From positions 1,504,001 through 1,568,000 of the forward strand of contig OY771587.1 in the NCBI GenBank assembly GCA_963674825.1: DNA of 64,000 nt, given 5' to 3'. Position numbers and translations under genes: made by a program. Below, in pieces: positions 18,398-27,924 of the stretch. Below the pieces are notes generated by a model, which saw only the letters and a program-made list of their open reading frames with translations, did not search any database and was not told the DNA's origin. The stretch is from Candidatus Cloacimonadales bacterium. GTDB lineage: Bacteria > Cloacimonadota > Cloacimonadia > Cloacimonadales > JAIOQZ01. Position 1 is the stretch's first letter. Each line of letters opens with the position of its first letter.

Positions 18398-19434
18398 ACA
18401 GTCATGCGGAACAACTGAAGAGGCGCTTCTTTGCCTCGTAGCTGCATGGATCCTGCCGGCTCGAACTGCCGGTAGATCTCAAAGCTCAATCTTGAAGCGG
18501 TTGATTCGGAGATGTAAATCATCCCCGGATCAGCTGCTTTTTCTATTCTGGAGGCGGTGTTGACCACATCGCCAATTACGGTTAGATCGCTGCGATCCTT
18601 GGTTCCGATATCGCCCTGCAATACCTGCCCACTATTGATACCGATGCGTATTTGAATTGGTTTTTTATTGTTTTCGATCCGCTGCTGATTGAGCATGGGA
18701 AGCGCGGAATTCATGATTCTGTCTGCTGCGAGAACGGCATCGTTTGCATCGATGAACGTCGCCATAAGTGCGTCGCCAACGAATTTATCGATATCGCCCA
18801 GCGTCTCGCGCGTGATCACATCGCAGATGCCGAAAAGCTCGTTCAGCATGCTAATCGCTTCCTGAGCGCCATATTGCTCGGTATAGCTCGTGAAACCGAC
18901 GACATCCATATACAGGATGGTCAATTCACGCATTTTTGTCTCCGAACTTTTATTGCTTGTAGCAAGTTGCTTGACCTCTTCAAATGTCGCTGTCGAGACA
19001 TAACGCTGTATCAAGCGCTGAAACTTCTCCTGCAGGATCCGGTAGTTCTCTGAATCGGAGATATCACGAAACACTTCGATGGAGGCGACTACATTTCCAC
19101 GTTCGTCTTTGATCGCTGAGATATGCGTTTCCACGGGGAAGCGCTTACCGTTACGATGAAGCGGATAGACTTTCGCCCGTTGCGGTTCAGCTGTAGCGAA
19201 AACCTTCAGGATCGGGCAACTTCCCGTGCAGAGAAGCTTTCCATTCTCATCGATGTGGTTCAGGATGTCGTCTTTACATGATTTCCCTATCACTTCCGCA
19301 CGGCTATAGCCGGTCATCTCTTCCGCACCACGATTCCAGAAAAGGATATTTCTATCGGGATCAACGATGTAAACACCGTCAAATATAGAGTCGAGATATT
19401 TCTCGATATCCGATGTAAGAATATTTTGCCTCAT
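18394..19434 (-). CDS. PAS-domain class III adenylate cyclase
   Basis: PAS (WNRGAEEMTGYS); cyclase motifs YMDVVGFT, DKFVGDALM, RIGINSG, TVIGDVVNTASRIE, LRGK. Confidence 0.9.
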   Translation of the reverse strand: MRQNILTSDIEKYLDSIFDGVYIVDPDRNILFWNRGAEEMTGYSRAEVIGKSCKDDILNHIDENGKLLCTGSCPILKVFATAEPQRAKVYPLHRNGKRFPVETHISAIKDERGNVVASIEVFRDISDSENYRILQEKFQRLIQRYVSTATFEEVKQLATSNKSSETKMRELTILYMDVVGFTSYTEQYGAQEAISMLNELFGICDVITRETLGDIDKFVGDALMATFIDANDAVLAADRIMNSALPMLNQQRIENNKKPIQIRIGINSGQVLQGDIGTKDRSDLTVIGDVVNTASRIEKAADPGMIYISESTASRLSFEIYRQFEPAGSMQLRGKEAPLQLFRMTV

Positions 19435-19569
19435 ATGTAGTCCTCCACAGATATGAAAAATTTACATATCTTCCTCTTTCTTGTCAATTGGAATAGATAG
19501 AATCGCGTGATAAAATTTCTTGCCATGATTTGTAACTGGAATACTTTGCATCATAACAGGGGTGAGCTT

Positions 19570-20934
19570 ATGCAAATCATGATGATTGATGATGAAGCCG
19601 CGATCAGGGCTTCGGTAGGAGAATTCCTGGGTCGCCTGGGACATGGCGTTACCAGCTGTGAAAGTGCAACCAAAGCGCTCGAGCGTATGAACGATTCGCA
19701 ATTCGACCTGATCCTTTCGGATATTCTGATGCCTGTCATGGATGGGATGGAGTTCCTCAGGATCGTCAAAGAGCACGACCCGGATGCGATCGTAGTGATG
19801 ATAACGGGCCACGGAACCGTTCGTAACGCGGTGGAAGCCATGAAAGAAGGCGCGTACGATTACCTCTTGAAACCGCTGGATATGCTGGAAATCAAAGCGC
19901 TCCTGGATCGCGTGGAAGAATACCTCAGTCTGCGCGAGAATAACCGCCGCATGAACCGTATCCTGCGCGAATACTGTGCCAGTGGAGATGAATTCGCCTA
20001 CTTCTGCGACGAAATGCAGCAAATTCACGACTTTGCTCGTAAGCTCCACACCAAGCCCGACATCCCCATTCTGCTCGCAGGAGAAACAGGAACGGGTAAA
20101 GAGATCGTGGCGAGAGAAATTCATCGCGGTGAAAAGGGAGCGCCCTTTATCGCTATCAACTGTGCCGCGATCCCATCCGAGCTCTTCGAGAGCGAGCTGT
20201 TCGGATACGAAGCGGGAAGCTTCACCGGGGGTTCAAGAGATGGCAAGGCCGGTAAGATCGAGTTGGCCGAAAACGGAACGCTCTTCTTGGACGAAATCGG
20301 CGAAATGAACACCGAATACCAGGCGAAGCTGTTACGACTTTTGCAAGAACGAGAATTCTTCCGTGTGGGCGGAACTAGAAAAATCCGCACCAACGCACGG
20401 ATCATCTGCGCTACGAATTGCGAAATTGAGAAATGCATGCAAGATGGAAAGATACGATCGGATCTTTATCATCGATTATCCGTCGGTTTCGTGAGAATAC
20501 CGCCGCTAAGAGAACGCGCCAAAGAGATCGTGCCCTTCGCCAATTACTTCCTGAAGCGGATGCTGAAAGATAAACGCACCACTTTCCAGAGCATTTCCGA
20601 ACAGGCTGAGCAGGTGCTGAACCAGTATAGTTGGCCTGGCAACGTCCGTGAGCTTAAGCACGTGCTGGAGCGTATCTCGCTTCTATATCAGGAAAAGGTT
20701 GTAGAACCAAAGCATATCAATCCGCTCCTGAATCGTGAATATGCCACCAACGACAGGATTTCGGAGGATGAGATTTTCGACCGGGCGGGTTCGGAATTTA
20801 ACTTACGAAGCTGGATTGACCGGATTGTTACAGCTGCACTCGATAAACACGATGGAAACAAATCGAAAACAGCACGCTATCTGGGACTGACACGAAGCGA
20901 ACTCTATACGTATTTGAAGAATATTGACGACTAA
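19570..20934 (+). CDS. NtrC-family sigma54-type response regulator (REC-AAA+-HTH)
   Basis: REC (IDDE, SDILMP); GETGTGKE, ESELFGY, GSFTGG, LFLDEIGE, WPGNVREL; Fis-type HTH. ATG at 19570 preferred over the track start 19507. Confidence 0.92.
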   Translation: MQIMMIDDEAAIRASVGEFLGRLGHGVTSCESATKALERMNDSQFDLILSDILMPVMDGMEFLRIVKEHDPDAIVVMITGHGTVRNAVEAMKEGAYDYLLKPLDMLEIKALLDRVEEYLSLRENNRRMNRILREYCASGDEFAYFCDEMQQIHDFARKLHTKPDIPILLAGETGTGKEIVAREIHRGEKGAPFIAINCAAIPSELFESELFGYEAGSFTGGSRDGKAGKIELAENGTLFLDEIGEMNTEYQAKLLRLLQEREFFRVGGTRKIRTNARIICATNCEIEKCMQDGKIRSDLYHRLSVGFVRIPPLRERAKEIVPFANYFLKRMLKDKRTTFQSISEQAEQVLNQYSWPGNVRELKHVLERISLLYQEKVVEPKHINPLLNREYATNDRISEDEIFDRAGSEFNLRSWIDRIVTAALDKHDGNKSKTARYLGLTRSELYTYLKNIDD

Positions 20935-20941
20935 ACCCCAG

Positions 20942-22099
20942 TTACTTCATAATACTTGTTATCTGACGCTTGACCAGTACTCGATTGAGTATAATGACCA
21001 GTAGCCAGACCGCAACACTGCAATAAATCGTGATCGACTGAATACCTGTGGTGCCATCGAAACCATGCTTCAGCAGAATCGACGCAATAACACGCTGGAC
21101 AAGCATCATTGTCAGAAACGCAATGATCAGCGTCAGCGAGAAGATCGCGCTCAGCCTCCTGAAAAGCCAGCAGAACACCTTATTATACTCGATACCCAGC
21201 AATGAAAGCAGCGCGATATCTTTTTCTGACCGTCGGAAATAGAGCATGATACTCAGGACATACATCCCAAGCGCCATGACGAGAATCAGGCTTCCGAGGA
21301 TACCCGTGAACAGAAAAGCCAGTCCGGTGAAAGAACGTATTTTTGCAGCAGGTGATGCTCCCGAGGCAATCTCAAGACGATGATCGGCAAGAAAACGCAC
21401 GAGTTCCGGTGCATCGGGATTGCTTGTCTTGACGATCAGCTTGCGCACGTCATTGTGTTCACCGGGAGCGTAAGTACTGTTCGCCCATTCGAGGAATCTT
21501 TCGGGTACGAGGATCGACTGGATGCGGTTGGTGAATCCAGAAACGTTTGCGCGGTAGTCGTCGGATTCGATCCGGATACCGATAGGGAATTTTTTCACGG
21601 TATCAGGAGTGATTCGAGGCAAGCCACGCGCAGGTGCGAAGCCGAAATTGTACATGGTGAGAAAATCATTCGGGATGATGATTGGGATTGACTTCGAGCC
21701 CGTATCCCACACCCATTGTTCATCGATTTGATCCATGAAACGATCTGGAACCGATTCGAAAAACATCTCTGTATAATAGCTTCCCAACGCGCCCAGCCGA
21801 ACATACGCGTCCAGCTCGAAAAGGTTCTTACGGAATACACCTACGTCAGTGACGGATGGCAATTCAACGATCGCTTGCACGACCTCGGGCTCAATCTCCC
21901 CCTGTCCCACGACGATGAGCGTCTCGCTGCGATCAAGAGCACTATCCGAGAAGAGAAGCGCGCGGACATCCATATAGAATTCTATCGAGAGGATCATCAG
22001 CAGCATTCCGAGGAATAGCCCGATGACGATGCCGGTGAATTCGCCACCGCGAAACCCACCGGATAAAATTTTTCCAAGCGGATCAGAGCGCCAGGACAT
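20942..22099 (-). CDS. FtsX/MacB-like ABC transporter permease
   Basis: One N-terminal TM, large extracytoplasmic loop, three C-terminal TMs; overlaps the ATPase gene. Confidence 0.75.
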   Translation of the reverse strand: MSWRSDPLGKILSGGFRGGEFTGIVIGLFLGMLLMILSIEFYMDVRALLFSDSALDRSETLIVVGQGEIEPEVVQAIVELPSVTDVGVFRKNLFELDAYVRLGALGSYYTEMFFESVPDRFMDQIDEQWVWDTGSKSIPIIIPNDFLTMYNFGFAPARGLPRITPDTVKKFPIGIRIESDDYRANVSGFTNRIQSILVPERFLEWANSTYAPGEHNDVRKLIVKTSNPDAPELVRFLADHRLEIASGASPAAKIRSFTGLAFLFTGILGSLILVMALGMYVLSIMLYFRRSEKDIALLSLLGIEYNKVFCWLFRRLSAIFSLTLIIAFLTMMLVQRVIASILLKHGFDGTTGIQSITIYCSVAVWLLVIILNRVLVKRQITSIMK

Positions 22100-22736
22100 G
22101 GTCGAAATGCTCCTCGTCCGTCTTCAAGAGTCCGGTCATGATTAGTCCCGCGTTGCGTAGCGAACACTGGTTGCGAATCAGCTCGAAGGCTCGGTCGCGG
22201 TTCGCCTGGTCGAGGTGACTGAAGGGTTCGTCCAGCAGCAGCCATTTGAAGGGCTGGCACATTGCGCGTATGATGGCAAGTCGCTGGCGTTCGCCCAATG
22301 ATAGGTTTCCGCAGGGGTGATCGAGTCGATGCGATATGCCAAGCGCATCAGCCATTTCATGGGCGTTTTGCAGATTAAATCCGGTGAGGTTGGATTTGAG
22401 GGAAAGGTTTTCGATCGCGCTGAGGTGCTCAAACACTTTAAGGTCCTGAAATACGATAGAAAAAATATCCCGGCGAATATCCCGCCAGGCGGCGGCGCTC
22501 ATAGATTGGATATCCTGTTCATCGATGAGAAGTGTACCTCGATGACTTCGCAGCATGCCGTAGAGAATCGAGATCAGAGACGTCTTGCCCCTACCCGAAA
22601 CAGCGTGAACATAGACGCTGCTTCCAGGCTCCAGCACGATCTCCCGATTCCAGACATCGCTGGAATCGGAGGGATCGAGATAATCTGGTGAAAGTGATTT
22701 CAGATGCAGTTTCAAGCTTTTATTTTTCCGAAGCAC
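22083..22736 (-). CDS. ABC transporter ATP-binding protein (true start may be TTG at 22715)
   Basis: Walker A SGRGKTS, Q-loop VFQD, signature LSLGERQR, Walker B LLLDEPF. Confidence 0.9.
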   Translation of the reverse strand: MLRKNKSLKLHLKSLSPDYLDPSDSSDVWNREIVLEPGSSVYVHAVSGRGKTSLISILYGMLRSHRGTLLIDEQDIQSMSAAAWRDIRRDIFSIVFQDLKVFEHLSAIENLSLKSNLTGFNLQNAHEMADALGISHRLDHPCGNLSLGERQRLAIIRAMCQPFKWLLLDEPFSHLDQANRDRAFELIRNQCSLRNAGLIMTGLLKTDEEHFDHVLAL

Positions 22737-24288
22737 TCACGATTGTCTGCACGATCTGATGCAGGCTGTTTTGCGCTGGATCTTTCATGGTGATTTCCAG
22801 GTTCGATTTTTCTTTCGTGCTGTAGGAAGTCATCGTACCCATTATATCGCTAAACGAATCCATCCAGACGCGCGTATCGTCATCGAGATCTTCTTCGAGC
22901 ATCGCGCCAAGCATTCCTGCGAGGTCAAACTGCATGTAGCTTGACGTGGTCTTCATCTTGTCGGTGACCTCTTGCGGGAGCGTTGTTCCATTGACCTTGT
23001 CCAGGAACGATTCAACGTACGTAAAGGTTACGATATCACCATCGACACGGTAGAAGAAATCCACGCCTTTGTATTTGAGAACGTGATAGTCGGCTTTGTC
23101 GCTGATCGGTGCTATTGTGGAGCCGATGGTCTTCATCAGGCGATTAAACGCTTCATGATCGTTGATCTTCATGCGAATGGTCCACTTGCTTTCATCGTCA
23201 GCCATATTGCCCATAACCACGAGGTAATCGCCGCTGAAGGCGTTGTAGATGTCGTCAAATGTTATGCCGTACTGTGTGATGTAGAGCATAGAGAGAGTGA
23301 TAACACCGGCGTATTCTTCACTTTTCTGGAGATCGCCCACAAAAAGAGGAAGCATCTTGGGCAAGCCAAGCGATCCAGACATGATCATCATGGGATTTTC
23401 GGGCGAGTTCAGGTTCTCGAGCATCGCCGGATCGATTCCGTCATGCGTACAGTCCGCATAGCGCGCAACCATCGCTCCCAGCGAGTCGGAGAAATCGTAC
23501 CAGCTATCTGCTACGATCTTGCCGTCTTCGAAATTCATAACGGCTGTGATATAATTATCCGATTTCTTCAGGGAACTCAGATCGAAGATGTCAGCATACT
23601 CCCATGGTTCCGTCGGGATAGCCATGTAGCGAATATTCATCCACATGCGGATATCGTCGTCACGGGTGAGGATTTCGCTGAATTTTTTATCGCGCAACAC
23701 AATCGATTCACCGATACCGTCAAACATCGAGTCCATGAAATTCAGGACATCGTCCTTACCGGCAGCCTGTACGATCTGGAGCTCTTCGTAATTGTCAGGC
23801 ATCAGGATCGCTACAGCGCTTTCGTTGCTCCAGCTAACCCAGACTTCTTCGTCTTCCATGATCGCATACTGGTAGTTATCGCGCTGGACGATGGAATCGG
23901 CTTCAGCAACGGTGGTAAGAACGTTCTTGAACATCTCTGGATCCATCAGCGAGCATGAGACACCCGTTAATACATTGCCGTTAACCGTTGTGCTGAACAA
24001 GCAGGCGTTTTTACTCTGGTCGATACCGGCGATATCGAGATTGATAAGCATCTTCATCGCCTGCGTCTTTTCCTTATCGAACTTGATGTTCTGAATGTCC
24101 ATTTTTTGTAGGATTCCAGGAATGTCGAAGACAACGACGACTCCCGCGCTATCCGGAAGGATGGAGAGTTGCCCGGCCATTTCTTCGACCGGCATCGCGA
24201 GATCTTCGGTGGTGTCGTGCTTGATGATCGCGAGGAAAACGAATCCGACAAGGATCGCTACCGCCAGAATGATCCAGAATACTTTCAT
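22720..24288 (-). CDS. Membrane-anchored extracytoplasmic protein, DUF4836-like
   Basis: N-terminal TM; MNFEDGKI and C-terminal LEITMKDPAQNSLHQI resemble DUF4836; first gene of the ABC operon. Confidence 0.55.
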   Translation of the reverse strand: MKVFWIILAVAILVGFVFLAIIKHDTTEDLAMPVEEMAGQLSILPDSAGVVVVFDIPGILQKMDIQNIKFDKEKTQAMKMLINLDIAGIDQSKNACLFSTTVNGNVLTGVSCSLMDPEMFKNVLTTVAEADSIVQRDNYQYAIMEDEEVWVSWSNESAVAILMPDNYEELQIVQAAGKDDVLNFMDSMFDGIGESIVLRDKKFSEILTRDDDIRMWMNIRYMAIPTEPWEYADIFDLSSLKKSDNYITAVMNFEDGKIVADSWYDFSDSLGAMVARYADCTHDGIDPAMLENLNSPENPMMIMSGSLGLPKMLPLFVGDLQKSEEYAGVITLSMLYITQYGITFDDIYNAFSGDYLVVMGNMADDESKWTIRMKINDHEAFNRLMKTIGSTIAPISDKADYHVLKYKGVDFFYRVDGDIVTFTYVESFLDKVNGTTLPQEVTDKMKTTSSYMQFDLAGMLGAMLEEDLDDDTRVWMDSFSDIMGTMTSYSTKEKSNLEITMKDPAQNSLHQIVQTIVSASEK

Positions 24289-24430
24289 AATATCTCCTTG
24301 GTAAACTGTATTTCAAACATTATCGATATAGTATGCCGCCATCGTGGGAAATGATTTATTTCTGTAAAGAATAATGTTCCCACTCGATCGCTAACCAATA
24401 ACAACGCAGATGTTTCGGTATGTATTCAAC

Positions 24431-24464
24431 AAAAAAATCCCCCTCCCGGAATCCAGGAGAGGGA
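24431..24464 (-). terminator. Intrinsic terminator of the 24486..27290 gene
   Basis: Minus strand TCCCTCTCCTGG-ATT-CCGGGAGGGGGA-T7, with G-U pairs that work only on this strand. Confidence 0.85.
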
Positions 24465-24485
24465 GCTATATGATACAAATCGACG

Positions 24486-27290
24486 CTATTTTAACATCAC
24501 GGCCTTGCGTACACTCGAATAACTGCCAGCCTTCATCCTCACGAAGAAGATTCCGGAGCCAATCGGGCGGTTCTGCGAATCGGTTCCATTCCAGGTCACT
24601 TCATGCCATCCGGCATTGACTCGACCTTCGTCGAACCTCTTCACAAGCTGGCCGCGTAGATTGTAAATTTCCAATACGACCCGTTCTTCTTTCGCGAGGC
24701 CGTACTTGAATGTTGTGGATGGGTTAAACGGATTCGGATAGATATCGGTGAAGGTGTTAACAGCCGGAACTACCGCCGTTTCCGATGATGACAGCCACTC
24801 GTGCTGTATCTCGGTATGGGCAGATTCACCCGTCGTATAGACACAGCTCACGCCCAATGTATGAACGCCCGGCTCAACGTCGATCCAGAGGAACTGTGTC
24901 TGCGTGGTGTTGCCTTGCAGATCGCCGTCCAAATAGACGTTGAAGCTCTCCAGGTTGCGATTCCCGGGAGTATTCCATGTCATTCTGACACCGGCAGCGA
25001 CTTCGACAGCGGCAAGGTTGACCGGTGCAGCCAGCGTCTCGACAAGCTCGACATCGAGCGAGGTATCCTGATCAATCGCGATACCCGTCTGTGAATATTC
25101 ATCGTAACCAGCAAGCGAAACCTGCAGATCATAGGTTCCTTCGACAACACTACCGAACGTCACTGAACCTCCCGCAGGAATATTCGCCGTATAAACGAAT
25201 CCTGGCTCACCATTCTGATTTGTCAGCACAGCCACAGCACCCTCAGGAGATTCTTCACTGTTCAGAGACACGTTCAGTTCAACCGTCAATATCTCATCAT
25301 TGGTAATGATCAACGTTGCAGGAATGTCGATAATCGGGTTGATCGCGTCATTGCTGATGAATCTGATGGTAGCGTGATAGGTGCCTTCCGGGAGATCGCC
25401 GGACGAGAATTCCGCGCCGATATCCATTGTTTCGTTCGGTTCGAGCGTTCCACTCATCGTGTCAAGACTGAGCCAGCTTGGTCCTGATGAAATGGCAATC
25501 GCCATGCCAGGCTGGATGTACTCCTGATTGTACGATACTTCCAGACCAATCGTACCAGCCTGGTTCTCGATACCGACAGTCGCGCTGCTCGAACTACCTT
25601 CGAGTTCCTCGTAGTAGAACACGATACCACCGCCACGACGCAGTACCATCTGCATGTTGACGTGGTCTTCGTCGTAGTTGAAGGTGGCGTTGTCATACTG
25701 TATGATGGTTTCGTTTTCGTTGTACTGAATATAAACGTTGGCATCGATGATACTCAGGTCATCCCAGAACGGTGCGATTACATTTGCGAGATAATGCTGG
25801 TAGGGCAGATGGAAATTCATCGCTCCTGAGAAATGAATCATGGCATAGTTGAAACTCAGAAAGCCATTGCTGGAAAGGTAAAACCAGTTGTACGTCTCAC
25901 CGTAGAATGGGAAATCGAATCCCATCGCAAGCCCTTTGTACCCGTCATCGTACCATGAGCAATTGTCACATTCATGCCAGTCTGTAACGAGTGTGCCGCT
26001 TTCCGATATATCGTTCCAGACGTATTCCGGCCCCTCGGGATCGTTGCTGTCGATCCAGGAATACCCGAACTCGTCAGGACCACCCTGGTCGCGATCGCCA
26101 CCCAGATTATCCAGGTCGATCAGCTGAATAGAGAAATTCAGATCACCGGTACCGTTGTTGAGTAGAGTGAGTTCCTGACTCGAATCGACACCGTATGAGG
26201 GCAAAATCGCATTCAATTGAGACGGATTGATAATCAATCCCGGAGGCTGAATGCACTCTGCATGTAAATCGATGGTATACAGCCCATCCGGATCATTGCT
26301 GTTGATGACAAGCTGTTCGTTATAGTCTTCCTGATGTGTGGCAGTGCAGGTGGCTTCAATGGTAACCGATTCACGCATATCCAGACTGAATGGGCCGTCG
26401 TCGGATATTGTAAAGACACCGTCCGTAGTATAGATATTGCTGATTTCGAGCATGTCCGCACCCTCATTGGTGACGGTGAGGGAGATCGTCTCGGGAAATC
26501 CGACACTGACATATTCGAAATCGATGTTATCCTGATTGACATCGAGAATCGGTATATTGCCGTACATCAGAAACGACATATACCTTCTCATCAGCTCGGT
26601 CCAGGTGTTCTCGTCACCTTCCTCGAGGTACGAAGTAAACATCGTCGTACTACAGATCGTACGATACCCGCTGGGACTGTCGTAATAGACACCACTTCCA
26701 TAGCCCAACGAAGTTGTCTGGCAGAGGATTCCGGCAGCAGCGTCAATCAGATCTACCTGCTGGTAAGCCGGTGCGTTTGTATTGATTACGTAGGAAAGGC
26801 TATTCATGAGTCCCGGACTGATTCCATTGACCGAAGCAATGAACGAATTGTGATCCGCGACAAATTCGGTTCCAAATCGATTGAAAAATTCTGTTCCGAC
26901 GTGATCCGCGCCGAAATCGACGCTCTCAATATAGATGGCCTTACCATCATCCAGAAACTCGACCAATCTGGTTTGATCCTCAGCACCGACCGTGCTGGGT
27001 GGTGTCGCGCTGCAGCCCGTGCGCCATACACCCAATGTGATAAATATCACATCGTAGCCAGACAGATCGGCAGGTAACACGCTGACTGTTTCATGCTCAT
27101 ATCCAAGATCTGTCAGCGACTGTTCAATTCCATGTTCGTATCCATAGTGTGCCGGATCACCGGGGATTGAGATTTGATTTTCATCATCATTATCCCATAT
27201 CAGGATTTCCTGAGCACTGCTAAGCGCTGGAAAGACTCCTAACAAGAATCCAAACACAACGAGGATACCAATACGCGATGTTGTGCGCAT
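24486..27290 (-). CDS. Secreted Ig-rich multidomain protein with FlgD-Ig/T9SS-like tail (paralogue 1)
   Basis: Signal peptide; DLSGYDVIFITLG N-domain; choice-of-anchor-D/ASH-like Ig; GGPDEFGYSW...IAPFWDDL nidogen-like insert; carboxypeptidase-regulatory-like domain; FN3; IYPNPFNP tail. Confidence 0.8.
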   Translation of the reverse strand: MRTTSRIGILVVFGFLLGVFPALSSAQEILIWDNDDENQISIPGDPAHYGYEHGIEQSLTDLGYEHETVSVLPADLSGYDVIFITLGVWRTGCSATPPSTVGAEDQTRLVEFLDDGKAIYIESVDFGADHVGTEFFNRFGTEFVADHNSFIASVNGISPGLMNSLSYVINTNAPAYQQVDLIDAAAGILCQTTSLGYGSGVYYDSPSGYRTICSTTMFTSYLEEGDENTWTELMRRYMSFLMYGNIPILDVNQDNIDFEYVSVGFPETISLTVTNEGADMLEISNIYTTDGVFTISDDGPFSLDMRESVTIEATCTATHQEDYNEQLVINSNDPDGLYTIDLHAECIQPPGLIINPSQLNAILPSYGVDSSQELTLLNNGTGDLNFSIQLIDLDNLGGDRDQGGPDEFGYSWIDSNDPEGPEYVWNDISESGTLVTDWHECDNCSWYDDGYKGLAMGFDFPFYGETYNWFYLSSNGFLSFNYAMIHFSGAMNFHLPYQHYLANVIAPFWDDLSIIDANVYIQYNENETIIQYDNATFNYDEDHVNMQMVLRRGGGIVFYYEELEGSSSSATVGIENQAGTIGLEVSYNQEYIQPGMAIAISSGPSWLSLDTMSGTLEPNETMDIGAEFSSGDLPEGTYHATIRFISNDAINPIIDIPATLIITNDEILTVELNVSLNSEESPEGAVAVLTNQNGEPGFVYTANIPAGGSVTFGSVVEGTYDLQVSLAGYDEYSQTGIAIDQDTSLDVELVETLAAPVNLAAVEVAAGVRMTWNTPGNRNLESFNVYLDGDLQGNTTQTQFLWIDVEPGVHTLGVSCVYTTGESAHTEIQHEWLSSSETAVVPAVNTFTDIYPNPFNPSTTFKYGLAKEERVVLEIYNLRGQLVKRFDEGRVNAGWHEVTWNGTDSQNRPIGSGIFFVRMKAGSYSSVRKAVMLK

Positions 27291-27544
27291 TACATACCTC
27301 CTGTCAATTTACGTGATAGATCAATGATCTGTATCTGTCGACCTCTCGTGTCACCTCGAGACGCCAGATAGATGCATTTTTCTCTAATGCACATTCCGTA
27401 CCGCTTACACAATTTTTTAATGTTTCGTGGATGCTTTTTATGCTTTCTATATGTGTATTTGAGGTTTCTAGATATAAAATCTCAATACTATGAATCAGGC
27501 TCATGAAAAATGTGGTGACAGATGATAAAAAAGAGAAGAGAGAA

Positions 27545-27570
27545 GGGCAGGCATATAGACCTGCCCCCAC
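27545..27570 (-). repeat. GTAG/GTGG-type REP-like palindrome, probably also acting as terminator
   Basis: Minus strand GTGG-GGGCAGGT-CTATAT-GCCTGCCC followed by a pyrimidine/T-rich tract. Confidence 0.55.
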
Positions 27571-27579
27571 AAGAAAATG

Positions 27580-27924
27580 TTTCGTTTTTGCTGAGCAAAA
27601 GCCGACAATCCACTAACATGACTTCTCTTTGTGGAATCTGACGATCCACTTTCGCTATTTCGCTTCGCGAAAGGAGATTGTCGAAAATACCTCCGCTAAC
27701 ATGAATTCGCTGCGCAAATTCACAACGCTCATGTTTTCGTTCTCACTTCGTGAGCCGAAAAAGGCTTTCGTTCGATATTTTCGTTTCTGTTACGCAGAAG
27801 CCGAAAAGCACAACGTTCGACTATTTCGTTTTTGCTGCGCAAAAGCCGACAATCCACTAACATGACTTCTCTTTGCGAAGTCACAACGTTCGACCATTTC
27901 GTTTTTGCTGCGCAAAAGCCGAAA
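27580..27924 (-). repeat. Modular palindromic hairpin repeat, copy B
   Basis: Five TTTCGT-stem-loop-CCGA modules plus other hairpins; internal 52-bp direct repeat (27580-27631 vs 27824-27875, 1 mismatch); blocks shared with 3926-4146. Confidence 0.9.

Noticed and set aside
20215..20232. GSFTGG instead of GAFTGA as a sign of sigma54 independence
   Set aside because: The key Phe-Thr residues are intact and such variants occur in sigma54 activators.
22972..23958. 328-aa plus-strand ORF and similar long antisense ORFs (2459..3229, 26334..27077, 35779..36459, 38563..39288)
   Set aside because: They lie antisense to well-supported genes and have no recognisable motifs; they are expected shadows of codon bias.
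24486..24760. DGR template/variable repeat pair with 27925-28200
   Set aside because: Differences are mostly synonymous third-position changes involving all bases, not adenine-specific; both copies are coding; no reverse transcriptase is present.
27580..27924. CRISPR array
   Set aside because: Units are irregularly spaced, the intervening sequences are themselves repeated rather than unique spacers, and no cas genes are present.
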